Assembly (NCBI RefSeq): GCF_009834535.1
Contig: NC_045697.1
Coordinates: forward strand, 80,416,001-80,480,000
DNA length: 64,000 nt
Origin: Camelus ferus
Lineage: Eukaryota
Reading direction: 5' to 3'
The notes beneath the pieces were generated by a model. The model saw only the letters and a list, made by a program, of their open reading frames with translations, was not told the DNA's origin and searched no databases. Made by a program: the position numbers and the translations under genes. Shown one piece after another: positions 39,071 to 53,620 of this stretch. The first letter of the stretch is position 1. Each line of letters opens with the position of its first letter.

Positions 39071-40159
39071 GTATTTTTTTGGAACGGGGGATGGTTGTAA
39101 GCGCTGGTGTCTGTGAATAGGTCCTTAATAGATAAAGCATTTATTTAATTAACTTGATCCAAGTAGCCAGCTAAATCTTATGATTTAGTACAATAACTAA
39201 AGCCAGTAAAACACTAGGTCTCGAATTATATAGTTGGGTGATTCATGTCCAGATATGCAGATGATTTGCAAATCTTCACTTCATTTGATGCTTCATAGGC
39301 ATATCTTGAGGTTTTCAGACAAATGGAGCAGAAGTTGGTTCATTATATAATTTAAAGCCTGTGGAAGAGGCCAGACTATCAAAATTGGAATTTAACTCTG
39401 TGTGTCATAACCTCTGACAGAATGACACTTCAGTTTCATTGGCTAATCTGCCAAAACTACTGAACTCTGAAAGAATCCTTGGGTGCTAATCCAGGTTTCA
39501 CTATTTTAACACCCAACAATTTCTGTCTAGACTAAACAAGACCAGGCAGATTCTTTCTTCTGGACATGTATCAATAGAATTTATCCTGTTAAGTTTTTAA
39601 AATTTTGAACAGGAAACAGGAATAACAAGAGCTACTAGATGTTATCAGGAGCTAATAAACTTATCAGCTATAATCTCAGATTCCTATCTTTACCTTTAAA
39701 CTTTATTTGCTGATTCTATTCAGCAGAGCTTTAAGCCTTTTCCTAAAATCAACTATCCTGCTTAGACTTGGTTGCTGAGGGTGTAGGGTGGGATAGGAGA
39801 AGTCAAGATTTGGGGTTGGCCATGTAGGAATGATACTGGCTGATACAGTAAAATCAGAAAAATAAGAGATTGTGTCCAGAGAGGTCAGCTACGAAACAGA
39901 AGGACAATGCGAAAAAGTCAGGGTTTAGAATTGTCAGGTGCCAGAGATCAAAATAACAGGCTGAGAGATTGGGATGAAAATGGTCAGAGACCCAGAAGGG
40001 ATGGAAAACAAGATGGGTTGGGTAGTTAATACTACGAGTGTGTGTAGCAGGAGGCTAGACTCTAAAGCACAGAGTCTAAGTAGCTGTAGATCTTAGCAGT
40101 AGTAGTAGCTATCCTTAACTACTTTTATTAGCTTTATACTACAACTACCATGGCAAAGA

Positions 40160-40650
40160 TCACTACAGCAAATTTTGTTGATTATATCTCAAAATATATC
40201 CTGAGTCTGTTCACTTCTCAGTATCTCCATTGCTACCACTCTGGTTCAAGACATCATCAACTCTCACCTCAATTACTGTAAGAGTCTCTAACTGGTCTCC
40301 TTACTTCTGCTCTAGATATATAGAATCTATTTTCCATCAGCAGTTGGTGTAGATTTTAAAGAAATATGACAGATTTTGCCATTTCTTCCTGCATCGAGTA
40401 AAATCTAAAGGCGGTTCCATGACCCTCAAAGCCCTACGTGATCCTGTCACCTCTCTGAGTCTAGCTGCTCCCACTCTCCACTTTGTCCACTGTGCTCTGG
40501 CCATACTAGCCTCCTTGTTAGTTCCTGCCTTTGCACTTGTCATTACCTTTGCCCAAGACATAGAAGGTCAAAGCATGATTTTCTTCCCTCATTTCCTTCT
40601 TGCCTCTGCTTAAATGTCATCTTATTGTGAGACATTAACATCTTTCCCAG
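40160..40650 (+). mobile_element. L2 fragment
   Basis: tctcaaaatatatcctgagtctgttcacttctc..catcatcaactctcacc..ggccatactagcctcctt..gcttaaatgtcatctt. Confidence 0.75.
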
Positions 40651-43600
40651 ACCCTACCTGTCCATGAAGCTCTTTAAGGCACTGGACTGTAGTCATCTCT
40701 GGCTTACTGACTTACAGCGTAGGCCTCAGAAGCTGATCTAATGCCTGCCTTGCAACTTATCTTTCCTGACTCCAGTTAACCTCGACAGCTAGCTGCCAGC
40801 TCTAGCCTTGGCCCAGTCTAACTTTGACCATAATTAAAACCAGCTGTCCCCTGAAGCAGTTCCTCAAATTGGCAACTCACTTCTCTAGCCTGTTCTCCCC
40901 TATTGCTATGATTATTACTGTAGCTTTGAACTCTGATGATGAAAGAGGGACAACTTTTTGGGTTGTAGGAGAGACAGCAGTGATAGGATAAACAGGGAAC
41001 TAGGTGTACCAGTTGACCAGGCTTGGCTTCATAATATGCCTTGAATAGATTCTAGTCTTACCCCAGAATTCCTTTAGTAAATCAAATGAATTATACTGTG
41101 CCCAGGAAATAAACTTTATGTTGACATAATTCAAATAATATATTTCTCATAAATATGAGTGAGAGTATATAACATCAGGAATTGGGCAAAAATAGAAAAT
41201 TATTATTCAAGAAGAGAAGACTTTAATCAATGCTAAATGGAAGCATGACAATTCATATTAATAGTCCCAAATTATATAAACTTAGAAACAGCTTGGGCAG
41301 GTTATATTAAGTTAGAAAGTCTATTGGTGTTCATAGTGATTTTAAGTTTAAAGATAATGAAACAAATGGAGAGTCAGAAAGATAAAGATTTTTTAAAATC
41401 CTGGTCAGAAAGAGAGGTTCCAAGAAAATTAGAGGAAATAAATTCAGATACGGCTCAAATACCTATACCATTGTTGTTTGAATAGCCATTTAAATGGTCT
41501 TCTTTGTTGCCATTATTTTTTCTCTCTTCTCCCTCCCAGCAATTTGTCTGTAACATACCACTGCCTAGCTTAAAAGTATGTGCTGTGCTTCAGCAACCAA
41601 AGAATCAATCCCACAATCCACTGGGGAAGGGGGATGCACACTCTTACTTTTTAAGATTCTTCCCTGACCACCTGTCCACTTCTGTACTTCTAGCTATAAA
41701 ATAGCTGTCCCCTAACTGTCCTTCCAGATCTTTGCTAAGGTCATTTTCCCATCCAGCAATGCCTGGCTGGGAGAATCCTACATATTCTTTAAGTCCAGAT
41801 CAAAATTCACTCCCTAAGGGAGGTAGTTACTCTCCTCATGCAGGATTTTTTAAAGTTTTTCTCATCGACTAAGGTGAAATTGCAGTAAAGATGTTAAGAC
41901 CTATATAAATCTAGTATTTGCAACATAAAGGACACACAGCAGGTTTACATAAAGTTTCTTAGTTCACAAGCTCAAATCATTTTATAAATTCAATGAATTC
42001 TCTTTACCTCCAGAGTAGAAAAATAAAATGAAGTTAAATTTGATGATGTGATCAAAAACACCCACTTAAACTCCACTGGGTGTTTAACACACCAATAGCC
42101 CCTGGGAATATATTATGCTTATCCAAATTTATGCAAGAACTAGAAACAAACTAAGAATATTGAAGCAATTCTTTGCTTTCTAAAGTGTTCAAAATATTTG
42201 CAAGATGCATTTAATCAACTGCTTTGTTTTGTGTGTATGTATGTGTATTTAAAGGATCTCAGACACAGCCGAAGGTTTTCAGAAATGTGATGTAGGTAAA
42301 AAACACATTAATAGAACAGGACAGTCACTATGTTACACTCTGCTTTTAAAACTGGCTGTTAATGTGAACTGGTATTGCTTGCTAATACGGTCAAAGATGA
42401 AGAACCCTGAGAATTTCTTGAGCAGCTAGGTAGTAAATCCAGCAGCCAACCCAAGTTCTTCCTTGTCTTGGTAAGTCTTACTTTACAGCCAGAGTTACGA
42501 AAAGCCAAACCTTCAAATAATAGGCCTTCTTCCTGTGCACTGGCAGGTTCTGGTTAGCTGGCAGACAGACTTCTGGCAAAATTCAGACCTTTCATGTTCT
42601 AGGAAAGAAAAATGTTTTTTATGGCTGGCCCACAGGCCCCAATTCAGAAATAGTCTGAGTCATGATGGATATGATTTTTAAAAATTTATGCCAGCATCGC
42701 AGCTATCTAAGTTAAAACTGTAAAAAAAGAAGGCACAAAAGCAAAAAGATAGCTTTAATGACATTTGCTAGCCTGGACACGCCAGGCATTCCATATTTGT
42801 TGTTTTCCTTGTTGCAGGGAACAGCCCATTTGATAAAACCATGACACAGGAAGGGAAATCATGACATGATTTAATGAGCTTACTGGTAGTTTTCATTTTT
42901 GGTGATATTTTTTCAACAGAGTCATGAAAAGTGTCAGAAGATATACAAGGCTTTACGTTGGATTATTTCCATTGAATTTAATGGTTATGTTTTACAATTC
43001 AGAATGTAAGCATCTCAATCATTGCAATAAATATTTGTAGTAATCAGTGTAATAATCATTGCAATAAACATTTGTAATAATATAGAGTTTAGCTCACTTC
43101 CCTTCCCAGTTTTATTCATCACCCTCATATTACATTCTTAGGGACTGTATGTCTATTAACATTCAAAGGAATCGTATATGTATACATATTTCAAATACTA
43201 TTATTTGTCAGTACTATTCTAGAAATTTAATTAAAAATGTAAAATATCTTAAAACAGTCAAGAAAACTGGATACTTATGAATTTAAAAACTACATATATT
43301 GCTTAGGGAAGAAAAAAAATTGAAGCAATAAAGGTGTGATGGGACCAAACTGCTTTCGAGTAGACATGACACAAAGGAACTGAGATCAGTGTGTCATAAA
43401 TGAATGAAGTTAAATTTAAATGTAATAGTCAATGCTTGATAGAAAAAAATAATGTGGCAGTAGGATATACAAAGAGAACCATAGCATGTAGGAGCTATGA
43501 GTTTCTATTTTTATAATGACTATCACTCAGGTTTTATACCAGAGTCATGATAAATTTGGGTTCTGCAATTACTCTGTAAGATGGAAAATCTGCAATGAGA

Positions 43601-43961
43601 TTCAAGAACAATCCATTCACAGCTTAATGAGGAAAAATTTCTTGGGTTAATACCACAACCAAATGGGTCTAGTGGGAGACTGAAGTGGTCACCTAGAGCT
43701 GATATATCAGCTCATTCCTTTAAAATTAACAAAATTTCTTCTATTGCAGGTATTTCTAGTTCCTCTAGTATTTAAAAGCATAATGTTAGGAGGGTCACTT
43801 TAACACATCTGTAGATAAGAGATTATATTACTTATTCAATTACCTGACTCACTCTTTTTTAAATTGAATTCTAAAGTCTGTGCAAAATCAATAAAATTTT
43901 TCACTAACTAGAAATATTAAATGCCTTTTAAGGGTCATACACTCTGTAGTGGATTATACTC

Positions 43962-44549
43962 TGCATTAGTTATCTATTGCTGAATAACAAATAATCCCAC
44001 AATTTTGTGGCTTAAAATAACAGAAACATTCATCTCCTGGTTTCTGTGGGTCAGGCATCCATGGGTGGCTTAGCTGTGTGCTTTTGCCACAAAGACACTA
44101 ATAAGACTATAATAAAAATGGAAGTCACGGGTATGATCTGTCCTGAAGGCTTGACTCAGGGAGGATGCAATTTCAAGTTCTCTTATGTGGTTGTTGGCAG
44201 GATTTAGTCCTTTGTTGACTTTTGGATTGATGTTTCATTTTCTCACTGGCTGTTGACTGGTGACCCCCCTCAGAACATTTCCATATAAGTTTCTCTGTAG
44301 GGCAGCTCACAACCCAGCAGCTGCTTCCATCAGAATGAGTGAATAGGCAAGCAAGACGGCACCAAGGCAGAAGCCACAGTCTCGTTGTAACCTAACCTTG
44401 AAAGTATTATACCATTACTTTTGCCGTATCCTTTTAATTAGAAGTGAGTCAATAGGTCCAGCTCACCTCAGGAGGAAGGTATATTACACAAGGGCATGAA
44501 TATGAGGAAGTGGGGATCATTGGGGGCATCTTAGAAGTTGCTCACCACA
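43962..44549 (-). mobile_element. Solo MaLR LTR (MLT1F/G-like)
   Basis: tgcattagttatctattgctg..taacaaa, ttctgtgggtcagg..ggcttagctg, acacaagggcatgaata..ggggatcattgggggcatcttagaag..accaca. Confidence 0.82.
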
Positions 44550-44899
44550 TGCCCATTTGTAGACTTGAAACACCCAGAGAGTTTTAGTAACATTGAGCAA
44601 AACAGATAGTAAATGTAGAAGCTAGAATTAAAACTGAGGTCTGATTAAGTTCAAAGCCCAGAATATTTTCATTGCCACACATTGCAACCTTGTGATAATG
44701 AAAGAATAAGTTCAAGTGACCTGGGAAAGCGCTGGAACAAGTTGAAGCATCAATATTAATAAGAATTTTTAAAGGAGCTAGGTTGTAATTCAAGAGGTAA
44801 GCCCAGAGAAAATGTATTATTTTTATTTATAGTAGATAAAGAAACCAAATGTATCATATGACATGGTTGGGTATATAAATATTTCAAATGAGTCTTATA

Positions 44900-46445
44900 C
44901 ATACTAGAGTTTAGTAAATGAATTTTGAAAGTTTGTTCAAAAATTTTAAAAAGTTAATTGAATTCTAATTTCCAGCAAAAATGTTAAGAAAATAAAATAA
45001 GAGTACAATACTATTTAGAAGGCATAGAAATTAAACACCTAGGAATAAATATAAAACATGCAAGACTGACACTATGGAAACTACTGAACCATTATTGAGA
45101 TAAATTCAAGAGGACCAAAATAAATCAAATGATATATCATGGTCATGGTCTGGAAGACTCTATATTGTAAAGAAGCTAATTCTTTCCAAATTGATTTATA
45201 GATTAAATGCATTCCAAATATTAATTCCAATGTTTTGTGAGCATGTGTGTGTGTGCGCGCGCACAAATTGATCAAGTGTTATAAAATACAAAGGGCCAAG
45301 AATGGCCACAATAATCTGGAAGAAGGAGAATAAGTTGGAGGATTTACCCTTGATATGAAGCTCATAAAACTACATGTGGTACTGGTCCAATGTTAGTTAG
45401 ACAAGTATATCAAAGGTACAACCCCCCAAACAGACCCACACACATACAGTCACTTAGTTTTTGATGATGTTGGCAATTCAGAGCAATGGATAAAGGAGTG
45501 TCTTTTTGGCAAATGGTACTGGGTCAGTTGAAAAACCATATGAAACAAAGTGAATCACATTGTATACAATTATCAATTTGTAAGTATAAATTCAAAGAGT
45601 AAAACACCAATCTTTTAGAAGAAATCATAGGAAAATATCCTCATGAATTTGGACTAGGCAAAGATTTCTTTGAAGGGACACCAATAGCACAAATCTTAAA
45701 GGATAGGTTATTGAACTGGGCTACAGTGGAACTGAGAAATTCCATTAATCAAAAGACATCAGCAGAAAGTGAAAAGACAAGCTACAAAGTAGAAAAGATA
45801 TTTACAAGACTTATAACTGAGAAAAGACTTTTATCTAGGATATATAATGAATTCCTTACAAATAAATGTGAGTGCAAAAGACAGCTCAATTTAAAAAAAG
45901 AGCTAAAGAATTAAGCAGGTACTTCAGAATATGACACCCTAATGGTGAATAAGCAGATGAAAAGAAGAATTAACTTCAATCATAATAAGCAAAAGCAAAT
46001 TAAAACTATAGTGAGATACAATTATATACCTGTAGGATGATTAAAATTAAACAAAATTAAACTGATAATCACAAGCATTGACAAGGATATGAAGCTGGTA
46101 GGATTGTACTTTAGTGGAATCACATTTGAAAACCCTTTAGCATACTCTATTAATGGTGAACATATACTACTCTATGATCTGGAAATCCTAAGTTTATACC
46201 ACATTAAAATTTGGTACAAAATATATATCTAAGAATGCCCTGATCAGTATAATTTTAATAGCCACAAACTGGAAACCATCTAAATATATATCCATAATTG
46301 GTAGAATGGACAATAAACATGATACATTCCAGGAAAAAGAACAAACTACTGCTATTCAAAACAACAGGGATGATTCTACAAACGTCTTCTTGAAGCCAGT
46401 TAGAAAATAATATGTTCTATGTAATTTCATCTATATAAAGTTCAA
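44900..46445 (+). mobile_element. Old L1M fragment (degraded ORF2 C-terminal region plus 3' UTR)
   Basis: aacacctaggaataaat, ggaagactctatattgtaaaga, aattgatttatagattaaatgca, taggcaaagatttctt, gccacaaactggaaac; many stop codons. Confidence 0.85.
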
Positions 46446-47994
46446 CAAGAGATGCTGTATTAGGGCAAAAGATGACCTAGTTAATAGGTAGCTAGTAAGA
46501 TAATTGACAGATCAGGTTTATAAGCATACAGTAGAAGAAAAATTAGTCCTACTAGAAAGAGTACTGTTATTAAAAATGACAAACCAAATCAATGAATTGA
46601 AGAAAATTAAGTTGTTGAAACAATAAACATTTTAAAAACTTTGCCTACTTTTAAATACATTTAAAATACATATAAGTAGTTGATGTATTCAGAGTTTTGT
46701 CACTTCTAAACAGTAGTGTTTTAAGCTGTCTTGACCTCTTTCATTTGTAGTGGTAGATTTTTTATTCACAGAAGCAAGTCTGATGAATATAGCTGGAGAA
46801 TTTTAAAAGTATCTAAAATGTTAGAGAGCCACAAATTAAATGAAGTGAATATTCTAAAATAAGTTTTAAGTCACACTAACTTTTAATGACAATTACATAG
46901 TCCTAAGATTTGAGAGAAAATCTTTAAATGCAAGTACATGGACCATGCATGAAAATAGTTGTAATGACTAGTATACAACGTTATCTTTTGTGTATGTGTG
47001 ATGGGTGACTAGGGGGTGGCTGTTTATTATGTAAGATTTAATTATAGACAGAGAACTAGGTGCTGGCAATGTTTTATCATATTTTAAACATTTCTGAAAA
47101 TAAATTTCTTTAATTAGAATATTAGATAATTGACATTCAGTAACCCAATTTTATAATGCCTCTATAACTTTCTCTTCCTATATGAAAACTTACACTCTGG
47201 CTTAATAAAAGAAAAAAGTATTTAAAAGCTAACAATTTAAAATTTCTATTTGCACATGACATTTTATATGAACAAGGATGACAGGACTATGCACATAATT
47301 GTTATTTAGGATCCTGCAGAGCATCCTGAAAGTAAGGGCACACATATCTCCACCCCGATGTAGCATCAGAGATGGCAGCGGGGAAAACATTCTCTGCTGT
47401 GGTCATCTTAAGTCTGGCTCAACACAGAATAAAGAAGCCTCTTACCTCTTTTGCATTTTATTTCCAGTTTACTTCCTTTTCGTGAAAACACTGACATAAT
47501 TAAGAGGGTGGTGTACACCTTTGATGTATTTTATTTAAGGATACACAATGCATCAGAATAAGTTGTTTGTCAGATGTGTGACATCTAGATCCACTTTGCC
47601 TTCAAAGTCTGTGTTCGTGGAAGTGGCTAGCATTGTCTACCAGGTGAATGTGAGGAGCCCACTGGCAGTCTGATACCTGGTCTCTAATCCTGACCATCAT
47701 CTAGCTTTGTCCACACAGGCAAATCAGTTCTCACCCCCAGATCTTATTTTTCTCAGATACAAAATGAGGATGTTGAGCTCATTTAAACACTCAAAAAATT
47801 TCATTTTGCTTTATAAAATTATGTGGCAGCCATGTGATGAACAGTCTATATGACTTAAAGGCTAAAAATGTATATGGAGGCCCGGGGCTTGCTAGACCCC
47901 AGTAAGAAAATGAAGAGAATATTCAAGTATTGTACCTGGAGTCAGAAAATAGTGAATCCCAACTCTGTGGTTACTAGCTTTAGCGTGTCAAGAA

Positions 47995-48206
47995 AGCCAC
48001 TACCTTTTTTTTTTCCTTTTTTTTTAATGGCATTACATGTTTATTATTAAAATTTTGGAAGAGGTGGAAGCATGTTAAAAAAAAAAAAGGACAAAAGAAA
48101 TGATTCATAATTTCTACTACCCAGAGGCAACACTGATATTTTGGATTATTTTATTTCAGTCCTATTTCTATCCATGAAAAAGTATATAGAGCCACTACCT
48201 TTTTTT
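47995..48206 (-). mobile_element. ~180-bp polyadenylated retro-insertion with 17-bp TSD, inside a MIR
   Basis: agccactaccttttttt at 47995-48011 and 48190-48206; T-tract to 48025; tttatt (minus-strand AATAAA) at 48040-48045. Confidence 0.75.
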
Positions 48207-50729
48207 AATCTTTAATTTTGTTCTTGTTAAAATTTCTACCTCCAGGAGAGCACATTTTACCTATCACAGAGTTGGCTTCCCAAAATTGCTAGCTGAATCT
48301 CAGTACAACATACTTGCAAGTGAGAAAACTTATTATTCTTCTACTTTTTTCCCCTCAAAGGATTTTTGAGGAATCTGTGTCATCTTTACTAGCTTTCCCA
48401 CTCTTTGCCAACTTAATTTACTTTCATGGATAAGAAACAGAGTCTGCCGTCTTTTGATTTGAATTGCTAAGTCTCCACATTTCCATATTTGGTGAATTAT
48501 TTCTGGTACCTAATTTTTCCCTCATGCAATACCACATTCAGTGACGCGCAGCCTTTTAGGTTATCTGTTTTTCTCCCATAGCAGCCTCAGGAGTGCTATT
48601 TCACGTGATTTGCATATAACCTGTGATATAGTCAGTGTACGTTTTGAAAATTTAAAAAAAAAAACCCGCTGACTGAAAGCATATTAGATAAATAAATTAA
48701 CCAGCAGAAACTTACAGCAGCTGTGTTGGCACCCGGGGGAGCAAGGGGAGCTGTTGGAATTGCTGGTTCAGGGTATTGGTTGCCCTGCCTGCGGACAACC
48801 AGAGTCTGTCTCTTATTTAAATTCTTCTGAGGTAATCTAGTTGGTGTCCCTCAGCCCATAGACTGGGTTCCCTCCAGTTGGAGTCCAGTGCTGGAAAACA
48901 GCTGTGGTCTGGGTAGTGGAGTTAAATTACTAAAACATGGCCACCTGAGATGCCCAGGGACAATGAATGGGATAGTGTGCGGCAAAAGGGGCCGTGAGTG
49001 GGAACTTATTCTCTGAGGAAATTGTTCAGCTAGAGGAGCACGTTTCTAATGTGCCCACTGCCAAGCAGTGGAGCCCAAAGACAAAACGTGTTTATGGTTT
49101 GCCCAAAGCTGAAAAAATAAGAATGCTAAAAATTGGTAACTGTACAATATCTGTGAACTCCAGATTGCAAATTTCAATTCTAAGATTGCATGTTTTGGAG
49201 TATAGACAGCAAATTATTATGTACTGTGATCATTCTATGCTATGCCAAAAATGTGCCATTATTGATCATATTTTTCTCATTTAGTTCAGTTCACCATGTA
49301 AGGAATTGAACATATATTCATACATTTCTAAGTTAAAATTTATCTGACTTTTAAAAATCTTCTGTTTCTGTTCCCATAGGATGTGTAATTTTGAAAAAGT
49401 ATACTTAGAATTTAAAAAGACACAGCTGAAAGGCCAATGAATTAAATATACCTTAATTATTTCTTAAACCGAAGTCCTATTTAAAATAATGTTCTAAGTG
49501 GAATATATTACTTATTTTGATAATTTTACCAGCTTTCATAGGTATGCTCTTCTAGCATCTGTTTTTGAAACCCTGGGAAATAAAATGAAGGAGACTGTTT
49601 TTCCTAGGATAGCTGCAGAACAATAAACTATGCATGGTATCACCAAAATGTTGCCTTCCTTTGTATGAATTGAGAACTGACTTAAGTAACTCAAATCAAA
49701 AAGGGCAAAAAAATTATTTCTCATAGCTGCCAGCTTCCTCCTTGTGTGGCCCTTTAAAAGGGAAGTAGAAAAAATCTTAGCGTGAAGGAAGAAAGGTTGC
49801 TGAAGGAAGACAGGGAGGCTGCTGCTGTTATAGGACTGGGGAGCCCCACTCTTCTCACCCTCGGTCTCACTCCCAAGTAGGGCCAATGGTGAAGTGTCCC
49901 ATCACCTGGAAAGTAGGCTGTGCTTGTCACCACTTTAGAGTCTTGACCAATCCCAGAGTTGGCATTATCTTAGTGAGGCATTTTGGGGGCATGGAGGTAT
50001 CTTATCTGCCACATCAAATTTGCCGCTGCAATCCCACTGCCCCGACCTCCCCATGTTGCCCTTTTAGAGAGAAGAGTAATTCTGAGAGCTGCCAAGCATA
50101 ATGTTACAGGGAATTTTTTTTCACGGTCTTTTTTTTTTTTTAAAGCCCTAAGGTGGATACATTTAGAAAAAAAATTACAAGTTTATTAGAATAAATTATT
50201 TTATAAACAAGAACTCATAGTGTCTGAATTTCTACTATTAGTTATTATTGTTATAGATAACAGATTTTAAAATGAACTTGAACATATTCCTTTTCTGTTG
50301 TTGAATTTTGACAGAATTCTTTATGCCTGACTTTTTTAGGTTAAAAAAAAAAAGACCTTTTTGCCCTTAGAGTAATATATAACAAAAATCTTTTCATCAT
50401 TTTGAGTAATTGCAAGCATAAAATTCAAATTACAGCAGTTCTCAATGTAATAGCACTGAACAATCACCTCATTAGCAGTGATTATCTGGATATTAATAGA
50501 AGTTTCTGATCCATAGATTCTTTTCGCAAATGTTTAGTATGATTTGCAGCAATGTGCTACAAAAATGTAGCTATATAGTTTTTTACTTCGCCTTAGTATT
50601 GACAGGGTGAGTGCTATGAAGATTTATGAGATACTGAATGATGTAAAATTTATTATTGACTGTCAATAATCTTGTCTTAAGCACAGCTCTTTTTACTTCT
50701 GGAATCATTCTGATATGTTGTAAATAGAA

Positions 50730-50732
<3 letters not shown>

Positions 50733-50782
<50 letters not shown>
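50733..50782 (+). repeat. (TG)25 microsatellite
   Basis: Direct observation. Confidence 0.97.
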
Positions 50783-50788
<6 letters not shown>

Positions 50789-53434
50789 TCATTTATTTTC
50801 TTTGTGATATTATTATACACTAAATCAAATTACATACTGAAATGGGATACCAGCCTTAGGATAAGCACTGTACTTTGGTGGTGAGTGATTTTGTACATTA
50901 AAAATGGTTGGTGGTAACTTTGATGGTATTACTGGAGAGTTTTCCCATAACTACAAATTTAAGTTTTCAAGTACTGAGAGGCAGAATTTCTTTTCTTCCT
51001 ATTTTCTATTACTTGTTTAGTTAAAACCCTCCACTATAGTAATCCCAATTTCTCTTTGCTAACTGCCTCGGTAGAAATAATTGGGTGAAAAATGTGAGAA
51101 AATATTTTGTCTACTAAAAACATTTTCCCCTTTTTAAAGGTAATCATTTTTCTTAACTTAAATAATTAAGCCATTCAACTGGATATTTTTTTAAGTTGAA
51201 AGATAAAAATTAAAACACACCATTTGTTAGCTAAAAAGTCTATTATTTAATTCTTTATCCTCTGCTCATAAAAGATAGGTTTTTTTTACCTTCACTAATA
51301 TTTTAATACACTTCTTTATGATGTTATTGTTCATGGCCTGAATTAAATAAGAAACTCACAGGAAGAAAACAACCAAGAAAAAAAAATCTAGTTGTCTCAT
51401 TTGTAATACATTTTTAACATGTTATTTGCTAGAAGCAAAAGCCAAGAATCAAACCTTTCTTCTTTGAAAGTTGCTTAAAATAAAATGTTTTTGAGTCAAA
51501 TTTAGTACTTTGAAAGGGGCCCTGGAATAATTACATCATACATGAATCCTGGAATCATCCTTACATTAATTGAAATGAATACTTACTGTGTGGAAAGAAT
51601 TTTGGAACAAATATGTTAGAAAGATGCATTTCAGGGAGATAGCTGGCAAAGCACTTAGCATTATATAATCAAAGCTTCTCCTTAAAATGTGTTTTTATTC
51701 TGCCAATTCTATAATATAAAATTTTAAACGTCTCTTTGCAGAACCAATTTATTATATTTCCCCTTATACTTTCTTTTATAAGCTGACAGTAATATCAAAA
51801 GTTTCCCAATGCCTGTCAGGGACCATCTCTAACTCAGCCCTTTAGGTGGTTTTACTGAAAATTAGATAATATTCTGCCAACCTTAGAAATCAATCTGATT
51901 TAGGAAATCATTCCATGGCAGTCATTATTTATGATGACAGAATTCTCTCACCTCCCCTTTCACACTTTCTGGTTTCCAGTTTCTTGTGATATTTTTGGAG
52001 AAAACCTATCAAGAATAAAGTTCAACATAGGAAATCTAACTGGGGAGTCTTCAGGGGAGTCTTTTAGAAAAGAACCAAGTCCCTTCTCGAGGAAGACCTT
52101 GTCTAGGCAATTTGCAAATGAAGCCAGAGTATCTTAGGCTGTTGGTTTTCTTTTGTCCCAGTGATGCAAGAAATACGAACCAATCTTGGTGCAAATTCAG
52201 GAACAATTAGCAAAACATCTAATTGTTTAAGTGTTCTATTTAAACAAGGAAGAGATTACAATGAAAGGAAAGAAATTACAGTGCCAGAAGGGATTCCACA
52301 GGGATAAACCTTTGTATACGCTAGATATTTTACAAACTGCTTGCAAAGCAGCTTTAGAACTTTACGGACTGTTACACACATTTATAAATTAAGCTGAATC
52401 ATAGAGCTATTGACACAGACAATTTGTCAGCACTTAAGAATTAAGACTTTTGGCACGCATAAGAACACAAGCTGCACCCTCTGAAGTGGAAAGTTACAAC
52501 ATCCAATCATTGATTTTCTGTCTTTTGTTGAAAAAAGACTGAGCTCTGAGGAAAGCTGCAGTTGAAACATCAGTTATCAAGAAATATATAGAATTCCTCC
52601 AAGAGATGAACATGTTTCTTTCTAGGCCTGGGTTTTCTTGCGTATTTTAAATGTTTAAATATTTCTTTGTTAATTCACAAATGGATATGTAAGTAAGCAG
52701 GCACGGAAAAACTGAGTGGAAACCAGGTGGAAAATTAATATTCTCACAAAGAAACAAGAGACGAAGCACAGAGATCTCTTCATGCATTAATTGGTCACAA
52801 GAGTTGTGACAAAATGTTCTTTGATTTTTTTTTTAACTTTTTCTAATTCCCTATAATTTAAAAGAATTTGGGTGGGGGAAACACTTAAACAAACAGATAT
52901 AAACAACCACAACAGAAAGGCTATTCAACTCCATATTCTTGATAGTCTGACAGTGTTCCTTAACTCAGTATTTTGACTCCTAATATATGCAATATTAAAT
53001 AATTTTCCTTTGTACAGTAAATTTAAGTTAGGGATTGGGACTCATAGGCAGCAATATTACCTTTATTTTGATTATTGGGATGTTCCATAAAATTCTGATA
53101 TTCATTGGATAAGTGTTCAGATCATTTCAGAGAAAATTAGTGCTTTTCATCCATAGAAATCTACATGTAGCCTTTTATAATGCTTACTTCATATGTCGAT
53201 GCAGTTTAATATCTGTTAAATTTCAAAATAGGAAGGAAAATCTGATATGGCCTTCCATTTCTTTCATTTTATATATAAAGAAAAATGAAGTCTCTCCAGA
53301 CATTTGTTCTTGTCAAGAAAAGGAAAGTTGAAATCTCATTCAAAATACACAAGAGCCTAACATTTAAAGGAGTTACTGAAGAAAAACAATCATCTAACCA
53401 GCAAACCAAAGACTCTTTGTGAGGAATTATAATG

Positions 53435-53620
53435 ATTACTAACTGCTGTGTGAACTTTATGCAAGTAAATTCAATTCACGAAGCCAATTTCTTTATCTAT
53501 AAAAGAGAAATAAAAATTATAATAGAATCTACTTCAATGGATCATTGTGAAGATTGAGATAAAGCATGTAAAGTAAATCATGTATATAGTAAGTATGCTA
53601 CCTGTGATGATGAGGATGAT
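53435..53620 (+). mobile_element. MIR SINE
   Basis: ttactaactgctgtgtgaactttatgcaagt..tttctttatctataaaa..ttgtgaagattgagataaagcatgtaaag. Confidence 0.65.

Noticed and set aside
44900..46445. Possible intact reverse transcriptase gene
   Set aside because: Heavily decayed L1 ORF2 remnant with many stops; the longest ORF listed here is 67 aa.
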